DNA from: an uncultured delta proteobacterium
GTDB lineage: Bacteria > Desulfobacterota > DSM-4660 > Desulfatiglandales > HGW-15
NCBI GenBank assembly: GCA_963776085.1
Contig: CAVZMS010000062.1
Coordinates: forward strand, 1 to 54,996
Length of the DNA stretch: 54,996 nt
Direction: 5' to 3'
Below are positions 1 to 10,097 of this stretch, piece by piece. Numbering within the stretch: the first letter of the stretch is position 1; every line of letters begins with the position of its first letter. The position numbers and the translations under genes were made by a program. The notes beneath the pieces were generated by a model. It searched no databases. It saw only the letters and a list, made by a program, of their open reading frames with translations, and was not told the origin of the DNA.

Positions 1-64
1 CTTCATATACTCGGCCGGCCAAAAAAAAACACTTGTAAAACGAAAACAAGGGAGGATCATCACC

Positions 65-456
65 GTGGAGAAAAGTACGTGGGACCATTAAAAGAGGCCA
101 TTACAGGGGTGTTGCACGGACGGGCGGGAACATTTCGAATCCTTATGATGAAGAAACCAGCGGGGCCAAGTATTTTTCTCTGCTCGTCAATACCATGAAC
201 GCCGGGGTGGTGGGCGACGAACACAAACACGATGTGGAACATTGCTGGTACATCCTCTCCGGAAAAGGGACGATGACTGTGGACGGCAAGTCTTTTCGCG
301 TCGAGCCCGATATGGCGGTTTTTGCCCCAGCCGACAAGTTGCATAAGATCGTTGTCGATCCTGACCAGGATCTCACCTATATCGTGATCTATGCCCTCCG
401 GGACCCGAACAGAAACTCAAAAACTCGGTGAGCATGCCTTCGATACTCCTAAATAG
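65..456 (+). CDS. Cupin domain protein (frameshifted in this sequence)
   Basis: ORF 195-431 has cupin motifs HKHDVEHCWYILSGKG and PADKLHKI; GGAGGA RBS at 51-56; N- and C-termini lie in other frames. Confidence 0.7.
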
Positions 457-522
457 GATCCGTCGAATACCTTTCGTTCTTTATTCTATGCAGGGAGATC
501 CTGAGTCAAGAGGAGGAAAAGC

Positions 523-1652
523 ATGAAAGCGAATGGAGAAAAGCGGAAAGAGATCGGCTTGGCCGTTGTGGGAACCGGGACGATTGGAAAGATACGGTCG
601 GTCCTTGCCAGGGATTACCCGGAGTGGGGTGGCTCGGCGTCTGTGACATCAATGAGACGCTTGCCAAGAAGGTGGCCGAGGATGCCGAGGCGGATTTCTA
701 GACGACAGACTACAGGGAACTGCTCAAACGCAGGGAGGTCAACGCGACCATCGTCGCCACCGATGAGAACAACCATGTTGGACCGATCCTTGCCGCCGTG
801 GAGCAAGGGCATCGTCTGTTCATCGAAAAACCCCTCGCGACGGATGTGAAGGATTCCCGGAGGGTGTATGACGCCATCCAAAAGAGCGGGGTCGATACCG
901 TGATCGGCTACACCAACCGGTTCCGGAGACGGTTTCTGGCCATCAAGGAAAAGCTCCGCACCGGGGATATCGGGGATGTCACCACGGTCACAACCCGGGC
1001 CTTCATGAACCGGATGGTCCCCCTCGCCACGTTACGACGGACCAGCGAGAGGGTCAACCTGCAGCCGATGGTCGTTTCCGGGACCCACAGCCTGGACATG
1101 TCGATGTGGCTGATGGAGGGGAAGGAGCCTGTCGAGCTCTATGCCCGTTCCGTTGATAAGGTCCTGGGGTCCATCGGAACGAAGGACGCGACCTTCGGCA
1201 TCTTCACCATGAGCGACGGCACGATCTGGAGCATGAACATCAGTTGGGCCCTGCCCATCGTCTGGCCGGGGGCGGTTTACGGCCTGGAGATCGGGATCGT
1301 GGGCACCAAAGGGGTGATCACGGTGGACGACACCCATCGCGACCTGGTCCTCGCCTCGGAAAAACCGCAGTGGGCCGGTTACCGGCCGGAGGGTTACCAC
1401 CCCGAGTATGAACGCCACGTCGAATTCCTCACCAGTTATCCGCCCGGCGATATCGCCTTCGGACAGTTGTGGGGACCGATGCGCGAAGAGACCAATTCCT
1501 GGTTTACCCGTATTTATATAGGCGTCGAGACGCCCCATGCAACGGCGTGGGACGGTCATCGCAACCTCGTCCTGACGATGGCGATGGGTCTCTCGGCGGA
1601 GCGGGGCGTCCCATTGAAGTTCCCCCTCGATGAGGAAGAGTTCTACAAGTAG
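523..1652 (+). CDS. Gfo/Idh/MocA family oxidoreductase (frameshifted)
   Basis: GTGTIG Rossmann motif in ORF 523-849; IEKPLA and SGTHSLD motifs in ORF 798-1652. Confidence 0.85.
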
Positions 1653-1662
1653 GGCGCTTTGA

Positions 1663-2070
1663 ATGACCCATTCCATTCAATACGCATTAAATGGCCCGTT
1701 TCGACCGGAAGAGATCCAATCGCTATTCCAATCAGCAGGATTCAATGTCCTGCCGTTGTCAAAGCTGGTCGGCGCGATTTCGGGTTCAACCGCTTACGTT
1801 ACGGCTAAAGACGGCGATAAATTAATGGGCTTTGGTCGTGTACTTACAGACTATCATAGTCTCCTATATCAACTACATGGCCGTGGATCCCGCCTATCAG
1901 CGAAGAGGTATCGGGAAGTCTATCCTGCAAAAGCTTGTGGAAGCTTCAGGTGATGTGGAACGAATATTTCTGTATACCGATACCGCGGATGCATTTTACA
2001 TGCACTGTGGTTTCACTCCGCTTTGAAAAACGCTTGTATCTGTTTCGCAAGAAAGGAGGCCGACCCGAAT
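1663..2070 (+). CDS. GNAT family N-acetyltransferase (frameshifted; end approximate)
   Basis: Motif A MAVDPAYQRRGIGK in ORF 1832-2026; N-terminal half in ORF 1663-1953. Confidence 0.75.
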
Positions 2071-2073
2071 CTT

Positions 2074-2821
2074 ATGGAAAACATCCCCTTCATGCTCCTG
2101 CTCTACGTTGTCGGCATCGTCGCCGGGGTTCTCAACGTGATGGCCGGGGGGGTCGGCCATCACCCTGCCCATGCTCATCTTCCTCGGGCTGGACAGCCCT
2201 CTGGCCAACGGGACCAACCGCCTGGCCGTCTTCATCCAGTGCATCGCCACGGTCATCTCCTTCAGGCGGGAGAACTATTCGGACCTCAAGACGAGCATGA
2301 GGCTCGCGGCGTGCGCCCTTCCGGGGGCGGTCCTCGGGGCCGTCGCGGCCGTCAAAATGGACAGCCTCCTTTTTCAGAAGGTGCTCGGCATTTTCATCCT
2401 CGTCATGGTTGCGACGGTCCTCTTCCCCAAATCCGGGAAAAACGAGACTCGGACCGGGGAAACGTCGGGCGGATGGCTCATCTATCCCGTCATGCTCGGG
2501 ATCGGGTTTATCGGGGGACTGCACCAGGTGGGGATCGGTTTTTTCATGATTGCGGCCTTGAGGCACCTGATGAACATGGACCTCGTCCGGATCAACATGC
2601 ACAAGGCGGCCGTTTTCTTCATTTACACCATCCCCGCCATGGCCGTCTTTGCCATGACGGGGAATATCGACTGGACGCTGGGATTCGTCCTGGCCGCCGG
2701 GAACGCGACCGGGGGATGGTGGGCGGCAAAGATCTCCGTCAGACGGGGTGAAAAGGTCATCCGGATCGTCCTGGTGATCGCCATGATCATCATGGCGGTC
2801 AAACTGCTGATCAGTTTCTGA
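2074..2821 (+). CDS. Sulfite exporter TauE/SafE family membrane protein (frameshifted)
   Basis: NVMAGG start, ANGTNR motif, hydrophobic helices and GGWWAAKISV. Confidence 0.85.
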
Positions 2822-2865
2822 CCGCCTTCAAGCGTGCGGAGGGAGCATGATTTTCAAAGCCCTCC

Positions 2866-4193
2866 TTATTTTTTCGGATGACGAGGGTCCGTCACCCCCT
2901 CGGTCGGCCGTCCGAAAGAGGCCGTATCCAGCCCCTTGAGGGGATGGTTCTTCGCGTACATCGCCTTGAGTTTTTTCGCGCGCACCTCGGGATATAAGGC
3001 GTTGATCGCCGCCTGGCTCCGATCCAGGGGAACCTCCTCAATCTCGTATTCGGCCGAACCCAGGCCGTTGGCCACGCCGCCGTGAATCTGGGCCTCGATG
3101 TCCTTTCCCTTGATGATATTGAGTTTTTTCGCGCCCGTCGCCAGGGCGCCGAACTCCTCCGCCTCGGAATTGAGGAGGCCCGGAGCGGCATTCATCATAT
3201 CGATACAGGCCTTGTCGACGGCCACCGGATCGTAGGAAGCCAGGATCCCGAGACCGTTGACGATGGGGGTGTCGGTCCAGCCGTAACAGTCGCAATTGGG
3301 GCTGATGTCCATGGCGAAATTGAGGAAGAAGGCCTTCCCCTCCTCCTTCGTCATCATGGCGGCCAGCGCCGAATCGGCGATGCGGCGCCCGAGGGTGGGC
3401 AGGTGGTCGAAACGCTGGATGCTCTTGACGCCCGCCATGTTGATGCAGAGATTGGCGCACGCGAAGCAGTAGACGCAGCTCTCCAGGTCCACCTCCAGGC
3501 CTTGATCCGTCACCTTGATGGACCCTTCGGGGCAGCAGTCCTCGCAGACCTGCCACCATTCGCAACTGCGTCCCGGGCAGAGTTTGGCGTCGATCACGGG
3601 TTTGTCGCCGGCCAGGGCGCCGTGCAGATTCATCTTGCCCCGTTTGCTCGCCCCGCCCACGCCGATATTCTTGAGCGAACCCCCGTATCCGCCGGCCGGG
3701 TGCCCTTTGAAATGGGCCACCGACAGGAGCGCATCGGCATCGGCGATGGCGCGGGCCACGAACTGTTTCTTCAGGTAATTTCCCCTGCCCCTGGAGATCG
3801 ACGATCAACGTCATCGGTCCCGAGCCAGCCGTCCGCCATGACGATCGGGCAGCCGACCGTTCCCTGGTTGAAGCCGTTCTTGTTCGCGGTCTCTAGGTGA
3901 TCCATCGCCAGGGTCCGGCTGATCCAGGGGTGGTAGGGCATGGTCGTCGTATCGGTGACGAAGGGGCGCAGCCCTCTTTCCTTCAGAAGATCGACCAGGG
4001 TGCTGATGATCACGGGCCGCAGATAGCCCACGTTATAGGCCTCGCCCATATGGGTCTTCACCGCCACGATATCGCCCCGTTTCAATCGATCCAGCCAGCC
4101 GGAACGCTCGATGATCTGGCGGCCCTTGATGGCCGTCGATTCAAGAAAACGCCTCGCCCGGGCATCCATATACCAGACTTTTGATGGACCCAT
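2866..4193 (-). CDS. DUF362 domain iron-sulfur protein with ferredoxin insert (frameshift near 3770)
   Basis: VAVKTHMGE, HFKGH..GGSLKNIGVG, CxxCxxC clusters, SPNCDC and DPVAVDKAC motifs. Confidence 0.85.
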
Positions 4194-4374
4194 GATTCCT
4201 CCTCCCTAAAATCTTGACTGCACATTGGCAGGTCCTGCGCGTTCAGCCTGACTTCTCCTTCCGTCCCTCGCTGTTTGTAAAGAAAGTATATGAAGAATGA
4301 TTTTTTGTGTCAATGGAATATTGTCTATGGTTTGGCAGATTTTGGTGATTTTATCACAGTACAACGCCCCACAA

Positions 4375-5275
4375 CTAACGCGGAAAACCATAGAGGGCCG
4401 CCGGGTTGTCGACCAGGAGTCGTTGCCGGAGCGCCTCATCGGGCGCCCACTCGGCGGTCAGGTCGAAGAGCAGGGCGTCGTCGGGCTTCTCGTCCCGCTC
4501 CGTCGGGTGGGGCCAATCGCTTCCCCAGACCATCCGCTCCGGCGCCGCCTGAAGATAAGCGCGGGCGACCTCGGTCTGGTCCGCGTATGTCGGCGGGCCG
4601 ACCTTGGTGTCCTGGTAGACGCTCGAGAGCTTGACCCAGGTTTTCCCCTTGTCGATCAGCCTGCGGATGATCCCGAAGGCGGGGTGATTGAGGCCCTGCG
4701 GCTGCGGAAGACGGCCCATATGGTCGAAGACGATCGGCGAGACGATGCGCATGAGCAGCGCCTCGTATTCCGCGATCTGGTCCCCCGCCAGATGGAGCTG
4801 GACATGCCAGCCGAGGTCGTTGACGCGCCTGGCCAGGGGTTCGATCATGTCGAAGCCGGTCACCGACGTGGTCGGGATCGAAGAGGGTGAAGCGGATTCC
4901 CCGGATGCCCCCGTCGGCCATCTTCTTCAGCTCAGCGTCGGTGATCCCGGGGTTGACGACCGCGACCCCCCGGGCATTGGCCGGCCCGAACTGGGCGATG
5001 GCGTCGAGGGTGACGGCGTTGGCCGTGCCGTAGGCGCTGGGCGTCACGATCACGGCCCGCGTCGTTCCGATCCGCTTCTGGAAGCAGCGGTATTCCGCCG
5101 CGCTGGCGTTCGTCACGAGCCGTTTGGCAGGCCCGGGGGGCGGGAAGCGGCTGTCGTAGATGTGGAAGTGGCAATCGCAGGCGTTCGCCGGCGCCTTGAG
5201 TTTCGGCGCCCCTGCCGCCGGAATTGGCCACCCGGAATTCTGCAGGAGATCGAAAGGCATCTGAATCCATATCAA
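4375..5275 (-). CDS. Amidohydrolase family protein (2-pyrone-4,6-dicarboxylate lactonase-like; frameshifted)
   Basis: DCHFH, VFDHMG and WGSDWPH motifs split across ORFs 4436-5275 and 4375-4863. Confidence 0.85.
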
Positions 5276-5364
5276 TCTGGTTCCCTTGCGTCTGAATCAT
5301 GTGTATCCAATTTGAGACTGTTAAAAAAATGTGTGATGATGAGGTTGACTTGACACCTTTCTAT

Positions 5365-5527
5365 GGAGCCCCACGGGTAAACCCGTGGTCCCATTAAAAT
5401 ACCCGTCTTCGCCTCCGGCTACGACGCGGTTATCCGCCTAAATTGTGGGCGACATCGCGCCGTAGCAAGCGATCATTTGCGCATTCAACCACGGGCAAGC
5501 TCGTGGTCTTCTGCGAAGGCGGATAAA
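5365..5527. mobile_element. Non-coding palindromic element resembling IS200/IS605 end hairpins (REP/PATE-like)
   Basis: Hairpins CCACGGG-TAAA-CCCGTGG (5371-5388) and CCACGGG-CAAG-CTCGTGG (5489-5506); inverted repeat TTATCCGCCT (5430-5439)/AGGCGGATAA (5517-5526). Confidence 0.5.
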
Positions 5528-5563
5528 GGGACTGAATATACTGGCTCAAAGCTGATGTTGGGC
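5528..5563 (-). other. Truncated terminal attC (R'' box only)
   Basis: GCCCAAC (5563-5557) is the exact complement of the GTTGGGC that opens this cassette (6747-6741); no R' box found. Confidence 0.6.
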
Positions 5564-5588
5564 GGTGATTCTTGTCGAAATGAACTTC

Positions 5589-6737
5589 CTATAAAAAACC
5601 GTATCGCTTGCGCAAGGCTATGGACAGTTCGCATAATAGATCCAGTATTCGCTCAGCTAATGGCACTGTAAGCACACCTCCGGCGCCGCAGCTTGGAGTG
5701 ATAAGGGCTCGTTGCAAAAGTTGGTCCCGGTCGAAACCCTTGCTTACTAAAGATTCCACACCTTCTTCGAAGCGGGCTATTAGCGAAGGAATCGTTTCGG
5801 ATGCTGCGGCCTCTATGTCAAGCGTCGGCACGATCCCCCAGCCCAGACAACCGCCTCGATCAAAGAATTTTCTAAGTTGGGTAGGATAAAGGGTGATTCC
5901 TTGCATATGATCGTAAGCATCGAAGTCAAGGATATCAAGATCAGTCTCCATTAGCAACGACCAGTCGGTATTCTCCTCGCAGTGGATACCGGCCAGACCA
6001 CCGCGGCTATGGACAGCTGCTACCACCTCATTTATGTCTTTTATAACATCTTCTCGACTTATTGTGATAAAGGTCTGTTTCCCAAATCCAACTAACGACG
6101 GTTCATCGAGAAAAATCATAACCGGAAGACCGAATTCGCTTAAGTGAGCAACCTGCCAAAGTGCTTTTAAAACTATCGTTTTAACGACCACATCACGGAG
6201 TTGATCGTCGTAGTAGGAACAACGGCCATTCTGGTCCAACATGTTAGTGCCGAGGGTAATTGGTCCGGTAACCTGCCCCTTGAGCATTAGCGTTCTGCCC
6301 AAGGCAATTTGTTCGGGTAGACAAGCCACAAATTCGGAAAAACCACCCGCATATTGTTGCGAAAGGTGAAAATTTTCAAGCGCATCAGAATTTTCATCCT
6401 CGATTACGGCCAAATAGCGCTCATAGAAATAGGTCAATTGCCCTGAAAAGTCATTGATTGAAGTAGAAAAGTAAGTTCGATCTCCGTCTTGAACAAGTGC
6501 CGGCATTCCTTCGGTGAACTGCGTCATCATATTCTCATATCGGTTACGTTTAGGAAACTGTGCCCAGGATGGAATCTCAGGTGTGTGCCTAAATATCAAA
6601 GCAGTGCCACGCACCACATCGGTATGCGGTAAGCTTCCAATCGTTGTAGCAAGACAAAAAGGCTCAAAAACCGGCTGTGCCACTTTTGTATATTGCATTT
6701 TCACCTTTATTTTAGAATAGTTCGAAACTGATTTCAT
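5589..6737 (-). CDS. Cassette: core (MetE C-terminal-like) methionine synthase family protein
   Basis: IGSLPH, KGQVTGP, DEPSL, GIHCEENTDW, DFDAY, WGIVPT and ITPSCG motifs. Confidence 0.8.
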   Translation of the reverse strand: MKSVSNYSKIKVKMQYTKVAQPVFEPFCLATTIGSLPHTDVVRGTALIFRHTPEIPSWAQFPKRNRYENMMTQFTEGMPALVQDGDRTYFSTSINDFSGQLTYFYERYLAVIEDENSDALENFHLSQQYAGGFSEFVACLPEQIALGRTLMLKGQVTGPITLGTNMLDQNGRCSYYDDQLRDVVVKTIVLKALWQVAHLSEFGLPVMIFLDEPSLVGFGKQTFITISREDVIKDINEVVAAVHSRGGLAGIHCEENTDWSLLMETDLDILDFDAYDHMQGITLYPTQLRKFFDRGGCLGWGIVPTLDIEAAASETIPSLIARFEEGVESLVSKGFDRDQLLQRALITPSCGAGGVLTVPLAERILDLLCELSIALRKRYGFL

Positions 6738-6740
6738 GCC

Positions 6741-6815
6741 GCCCAACGCTCCTCATAACCGGCTGGCAATGGAGTGCAGCGGAATTGCCAGTCCGAGTTA
6801 ATGCTGTTGTTAGGA
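6741..6815 (-). other. attC site
   Basis: TCCTAAC...GTTGGGC on minus strand with imperfect internal palindrome; overlaps upstream stop codon. Confidence 0.9.
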
Positions 6816-7508
6816 GCTTTTCTCAAATTCCGGATGATACTGTTTCATACATTCGGGACAAATGCCGTGGCTGAAGTCAGCTATGGGATGCTTGATAAGA
6901 TAATACTCAATAGGATGCCAATTGCCTTGATCGTCTCGGATGCTCTTGCAGTTTGCACAAATAGGTATCAGACCTCGAAAGGATTGAAGCTCCATTAAAT
7001 AATCTATCAGTCTTCTGTTCTTGTCTCCGAGGCTTTGGTTAATATGAATCATGTCAAGATGCGACTCAATCAAGTTACGGAACTTCAGCATGAGTTTTTC
7101 TGTTGTTTCTGAATACTTGTTTGCCTTGTTATCCAAGACACAAATAGTTCCAAAAGGCGTTTTGTTAGGCCAGAAAATGGGGAATCCCAAGTAGGAAATC
7201 ATATTCAGCTTGATATCTGGGTTGTTTTTCCAGTTTGCATCTGCCAGGGCGTCAGAAACGAGAAGCTTATCTTGTGTCTTTAGCACTGTCTCACAATACA
7301 GACCGGAGCCGAATAACACTTCCTTATCTCCGGGATGGTAAGGGTTGCCCTCGCTATTGCTCGAAACGAAGACCTCAATATGAGGATCCTGAAATCGCAT
7401 GATCAATGCGACAGGAATCCGAACTATTTGAGTCAAAAGGTTGACCATTTCCTGCCAATTTTCCAGAATGTGTGTCGGCACTTCAATCTTAGAGCTATTG
7501 TCTATCAT
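6810..7508 (-). CDS. Cassette: GAF domain protein with C-terminal Cys/His motif
   Basis: SYLGFPI..FGTICVLD GAF signature; C-terminal PICANCKSIRD...FSHGICPEC. Confidence 0.8.
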   Translation of the reverse strand: MIDNSSKIEVPTHILENWQEMVNLLTQIVRIPVALIMRFQDPHIEVFVSSNSEGNPYHPGDKEVLFGSGLYCETVLKTQDKLLVSDALADANWKNNPDIKLNMISYLGFPIFWPNKTPFGTICVLDNKANKYSETTEKLMLKFRNLIESHLDMIHINQSLGDKNRRLIDYLMELQSFRGLIPICANCKSIRDDQGNWHPIEYYLIKHPIADFSHGICPECMKQYHPEFEKSS

Positions 7509-7515
7509 ATTCTTC

Positions 7516-7576
7516 TCCTCACTCCCCGCCTCACAGGATGCGGTGTTTGCGTTCCTTGTGCAGGCGCATGTTAGGC
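7516..7576 (-). other. attC site with non-canonical R' (GTGAGGA)
   Basis: GCCTAAC-ATGCG-CCTGCAC...GTGAGG-CGGGGA-GTGAGGA on minus strand. Confidence 0.8.
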
Positions 7577-7583
7577 GGCAGAC

Positions 7584-7805
7584 TCAAACAACATGACTCT
7601 CACGTTTCCTCCACCCGAGCACACGGGCTGGAAGAAACAGTAAAGCACGAACCAGCGCGAATACCGCCTCAATCGAGATCCCGATAAGCCGCAACGGCAA
7701 AGACAAAAGCCAAACGACTGGAAAGAGAACCAGCGCAAATAAGGCAATAGGCCAACAAAGCAAGAATAGTATACACCATCCGACAAACAGTATCAAAGCT
7801 TTCAT
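7584..7805 (-). CDS. Cassette: small hydrophobic membrane protein
   Basis: Single ORF between two attC sites; long hydrophobic stretch. Confidence 0.7.
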   Translation of the reverse strand: MKALILFVGWCILFLLCWPIALFALVLFPVVWLLSLPLRLIGISIEAVFALVRALLFLPARVLGWRKRESHVV

Positions 7806-7844
7806 AGTCAAATCCTTTCAATTTTGTGTCGAGCTTCACCCGCC

Positions 7845-7975
7845 GCCTAACGCCCCGCATCACCCGCTCGGCGCGACGGTCGAACTGAAACCAACTACAC
7901 GACAGGAATCGCGTTGGCTCTAAGTGCATCCCACAAGGCGCGCAGCGCCGGGTCAGCTGCATGTGGTTGTTGGGC
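7845..7975 (-). other. attC site (131 bp)
   Basis: GCCCAAC...GTTAGGC on minus strand with paired L boxes. Confidence 0.85.
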
Positions 7976-7996
7976 CACCTGCTCCAATTTGTTGTG

Positions 7997-9202
7997 TCAC
8001 TGCAAACCAATAGCAGGTGTACTCTCTTCAATAAAAATCACTCCGTCATACAACTTCAGCCAACTTGTGTAATTGGTGTGCCACCCCGGATACAGTCGAT
8101 ATATAGCATGCAATTCTGCAAATTCATGCGAACTCTGATCCTTCTCTAACCATTCCTCAAGAACTCGGTCCTGCGACATCGTCTGAAAATCCAGGAATTG
8201 GATCGGCTTACCGACTTCGCTGAGCGCATAAGCATAATATGCCATGGATGCTGGCCCCACGCTGTATGTGTGGATAGTACTCATCCGGGACGTAAAGGCG
8301 CCATGATTAAATTCAAATCCGAGGAGATATGCCTGATCACCAAATTGCTGCTTGAGATAGTGTCCCATCCAGCCCTCACTATTAGAAATATGCGCATTGT
8401 GTGCCCATAACATAATCTTACTCTCCGCCCCAATTTGCTCCAGTATCCGGCTAACATTTGCGGCCATCACAAGGTCACGGTCGCCAATTCCGGGATCAAT
8501 ACCATGAAAAGTGATCTTACGCGTGGTGCGGGGGTCCGCATTATAAGTGCGCATCCAATCAAGCATGTCCATGACTTCCACTGTCCCCCATGGCCAATAG
8601 AGTACTTCTCGAGGGTTTCCAGACCCACCGGCAATGTAGTCATTGATCACTTGTGCAGTCTCGGCACTCGTTTCCATACCAAAATGCTCATACCCCATTT
8701 CTCGCACAAGGAATTCCAGCATACGGTGTTTCATCTGAAAGAATTCTCTCGTACCATGCGTCGCTTCGCCAAGTGCAACAATGCGCTTCCCTTCCAAGAT
8801 AGATTTAAGTGGCTGTAAATCTTCGAAGCCACTCCCGGCCTGTACAGTGTCTATAGCTATGGTGTGTTCCCGCAAAACGTTAATCACGCCGCCGGTTGCA
8901 TTGTTGGAAGCAGGGGTAAACAGTTCCAACAAAGTAGGAAAGGCGATAACGACAGAAATGACAAATGTAGAGATTAAGCTCACCGTAGCCGTAAATCGTT
9001 TAGGATGACCTAGCGCGAGCCAACCGGCAAACATCCGAAGCAGACTAAAACAGATGATTCCAAACGCAATGGCTGAGGCAAATAAGTTGATAGCAATTAG
9101 GCCGGTCATCAAAGCGGAAACAAAGTAAACTATCGCTGTACCTACACTAGCTACAGCAATTGCTAAAAGGATAAAAAAACAAAACAAGACGTTACGTAAC
9201 AT
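7997..9202 (-). CDS. Cassette: erythromycin esterase family protein with N-terminal membrane helices
   Basis: IVALGEATHGTREF, FHGID, LWAHNAHI and YDGVIFI motifs. Confidence 0.85.
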   Translation of the reverse strand: MLRNVLFCFFILLAIAVASVGTAIVYFVSALMTGLIAINLFASAIAFGIICFSLLRMFAGWLALGHPKRFTATVSLISTFVISVVIAFPTLLELFTPASNNATGGVINVLREHTIAIDTVQAGSGFEDLQPLKSILEGKRIVALGEATHGTREFFQMKHRMLEFLVREMGYEHFGMETSAETAQVINDYIAGGSGNPREVLYWPWGTVEVMDMLDWMRTYNADPRTTRKITFHGIDPGIGDRDLVMAANVSRILEQIGAESKIMLWAHNAHISNSEGWMGHYLKQQFGDQAYLLGFEFNHGAFTSRMSTIHTYSVGPASMAYYAYALSEVGKPIQFLDFQTMSQDRVLEEWLEKDQSSHEFAELHAIYRLYPGWHTNYTSWLKLYDGVIFIEESTPAIGLQ

Positions 9203-9261
9203 GTTACGATTCCCTTGTCTGTATAGTCTGAATCATTCTGTCCCCGCTGTTGAAACACGCG

Positions 9262-9324
9262 GCCCAACGCAAAGGTCACTAGGAGCTGGATTTATCGGCG
9301 ATCCGGTGCAACGACTGATTGGGT
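9262..9324 (-). other. attC site
   Basis: ACCCAAT...GTTGGGC on minus strand. Confidence 0.85.
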
Positions 9325-9481
9325 AATCTCTTTCCTGTACTCATCCCGCTGTCGCAGTCTGTGCTTGCCACCATTCAGTATGCTATCTGCCTGTTTACGG
9401 TCCTCTCCTCCGTGCCCCTTTTTCCATTAAGATAGGGAGAATCTCATGCCGCCGACTCATCTCCACAGACCTTTGTTCCAG

Positions 9482-9982
9482 CTACTTCTTCTTGTTAATG
9501 TGTATCCATACTTGGCAATGGTAGTCCTTACTACTCGTATCTCCTGGTAGATAGACCTCAAGCTCATGAGTAGGGTGTTCGTAGCCCGTAGACGGGAACC
9601 ACTCGCTGAAGATCCGTGTCGTGACGTCGTGTATCGCGTCCGGCATCGGTCCGATAGAATCGAATACTGCCCAAGTGGCCGCTGGAATATGAATAACCTC
9701 GAAACCCGGCGGAACCGTTTTTGCGGTTGTCTCCACTCCAATAGCGTACGTAAACTCATCCATTCCTAGTTCGCACATCGATACACCCAAGGAAATGGAC
9801 CCGCTAACCGACCCTGGTTTGTTCTGGGTCAACTTCATGAGAACCTTGTTTCCCTTCTCATCGTTTACAAATTCGTCCCAGAACTGCGGGATTTTTATGA
9901 CATTTTCACCGTTCGCCTCGGCAAATTTCCTAGATCTGCCGATGATGTCAAACACTGGTTTCTCGATAATCTGGCAGTCCAT
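9482..9982 (-). CDS. Cassette: GyrI-like/AraC effector-binding domain protein
   Basis: IPQFW, IPAATWAVF, IFSEWFPSTGYE and LEVY motifs. Confidence 0.85.
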   Translation of the reverse strand: MDCQIIEKPVFDIIGRSRKFAEANGENVIKIPQFWDEFVNDEKGNKVLMKLTQNKPGSVSGSISLGVSMCELGMDEFTYAIGVETTAKTVPPGFEVIHIPAATWAVFDSIGPMPDAIHDVTTRIFSEWFPSTGYEHPTHELEVYLPGDTSSKDYHCQVWIHINKKK

Positions 9983-10037
9983 TTCGTTACTTCCCCCTTA
10001 CCTAAGATTTGATCCTGTGCTGTGTCTTGTTTCCTTT

Positions 10038-10093
10038 ACCCAACGGGCTGATCAGCGGAGGCCCTAGCCTTCCGCTGAATTAGCTAGTCAGGC
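10038..10093 (-). other. attC site
   Basis: GCCTGAC...GTTGGGT on minus strand; TCAGCGGA/TCCGCTGA stem. Confidence 0.85.
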
Positions 10094-10097
10094 GTAT

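Noticed and set aside
2023-5353. Long alternative-frame and antisense ORFs (e.g. 3082-3900, 4297-4890, 4688-5353)
   Set aside because: Shadows of real genes in GC-rich DNA with no recognisable motifs
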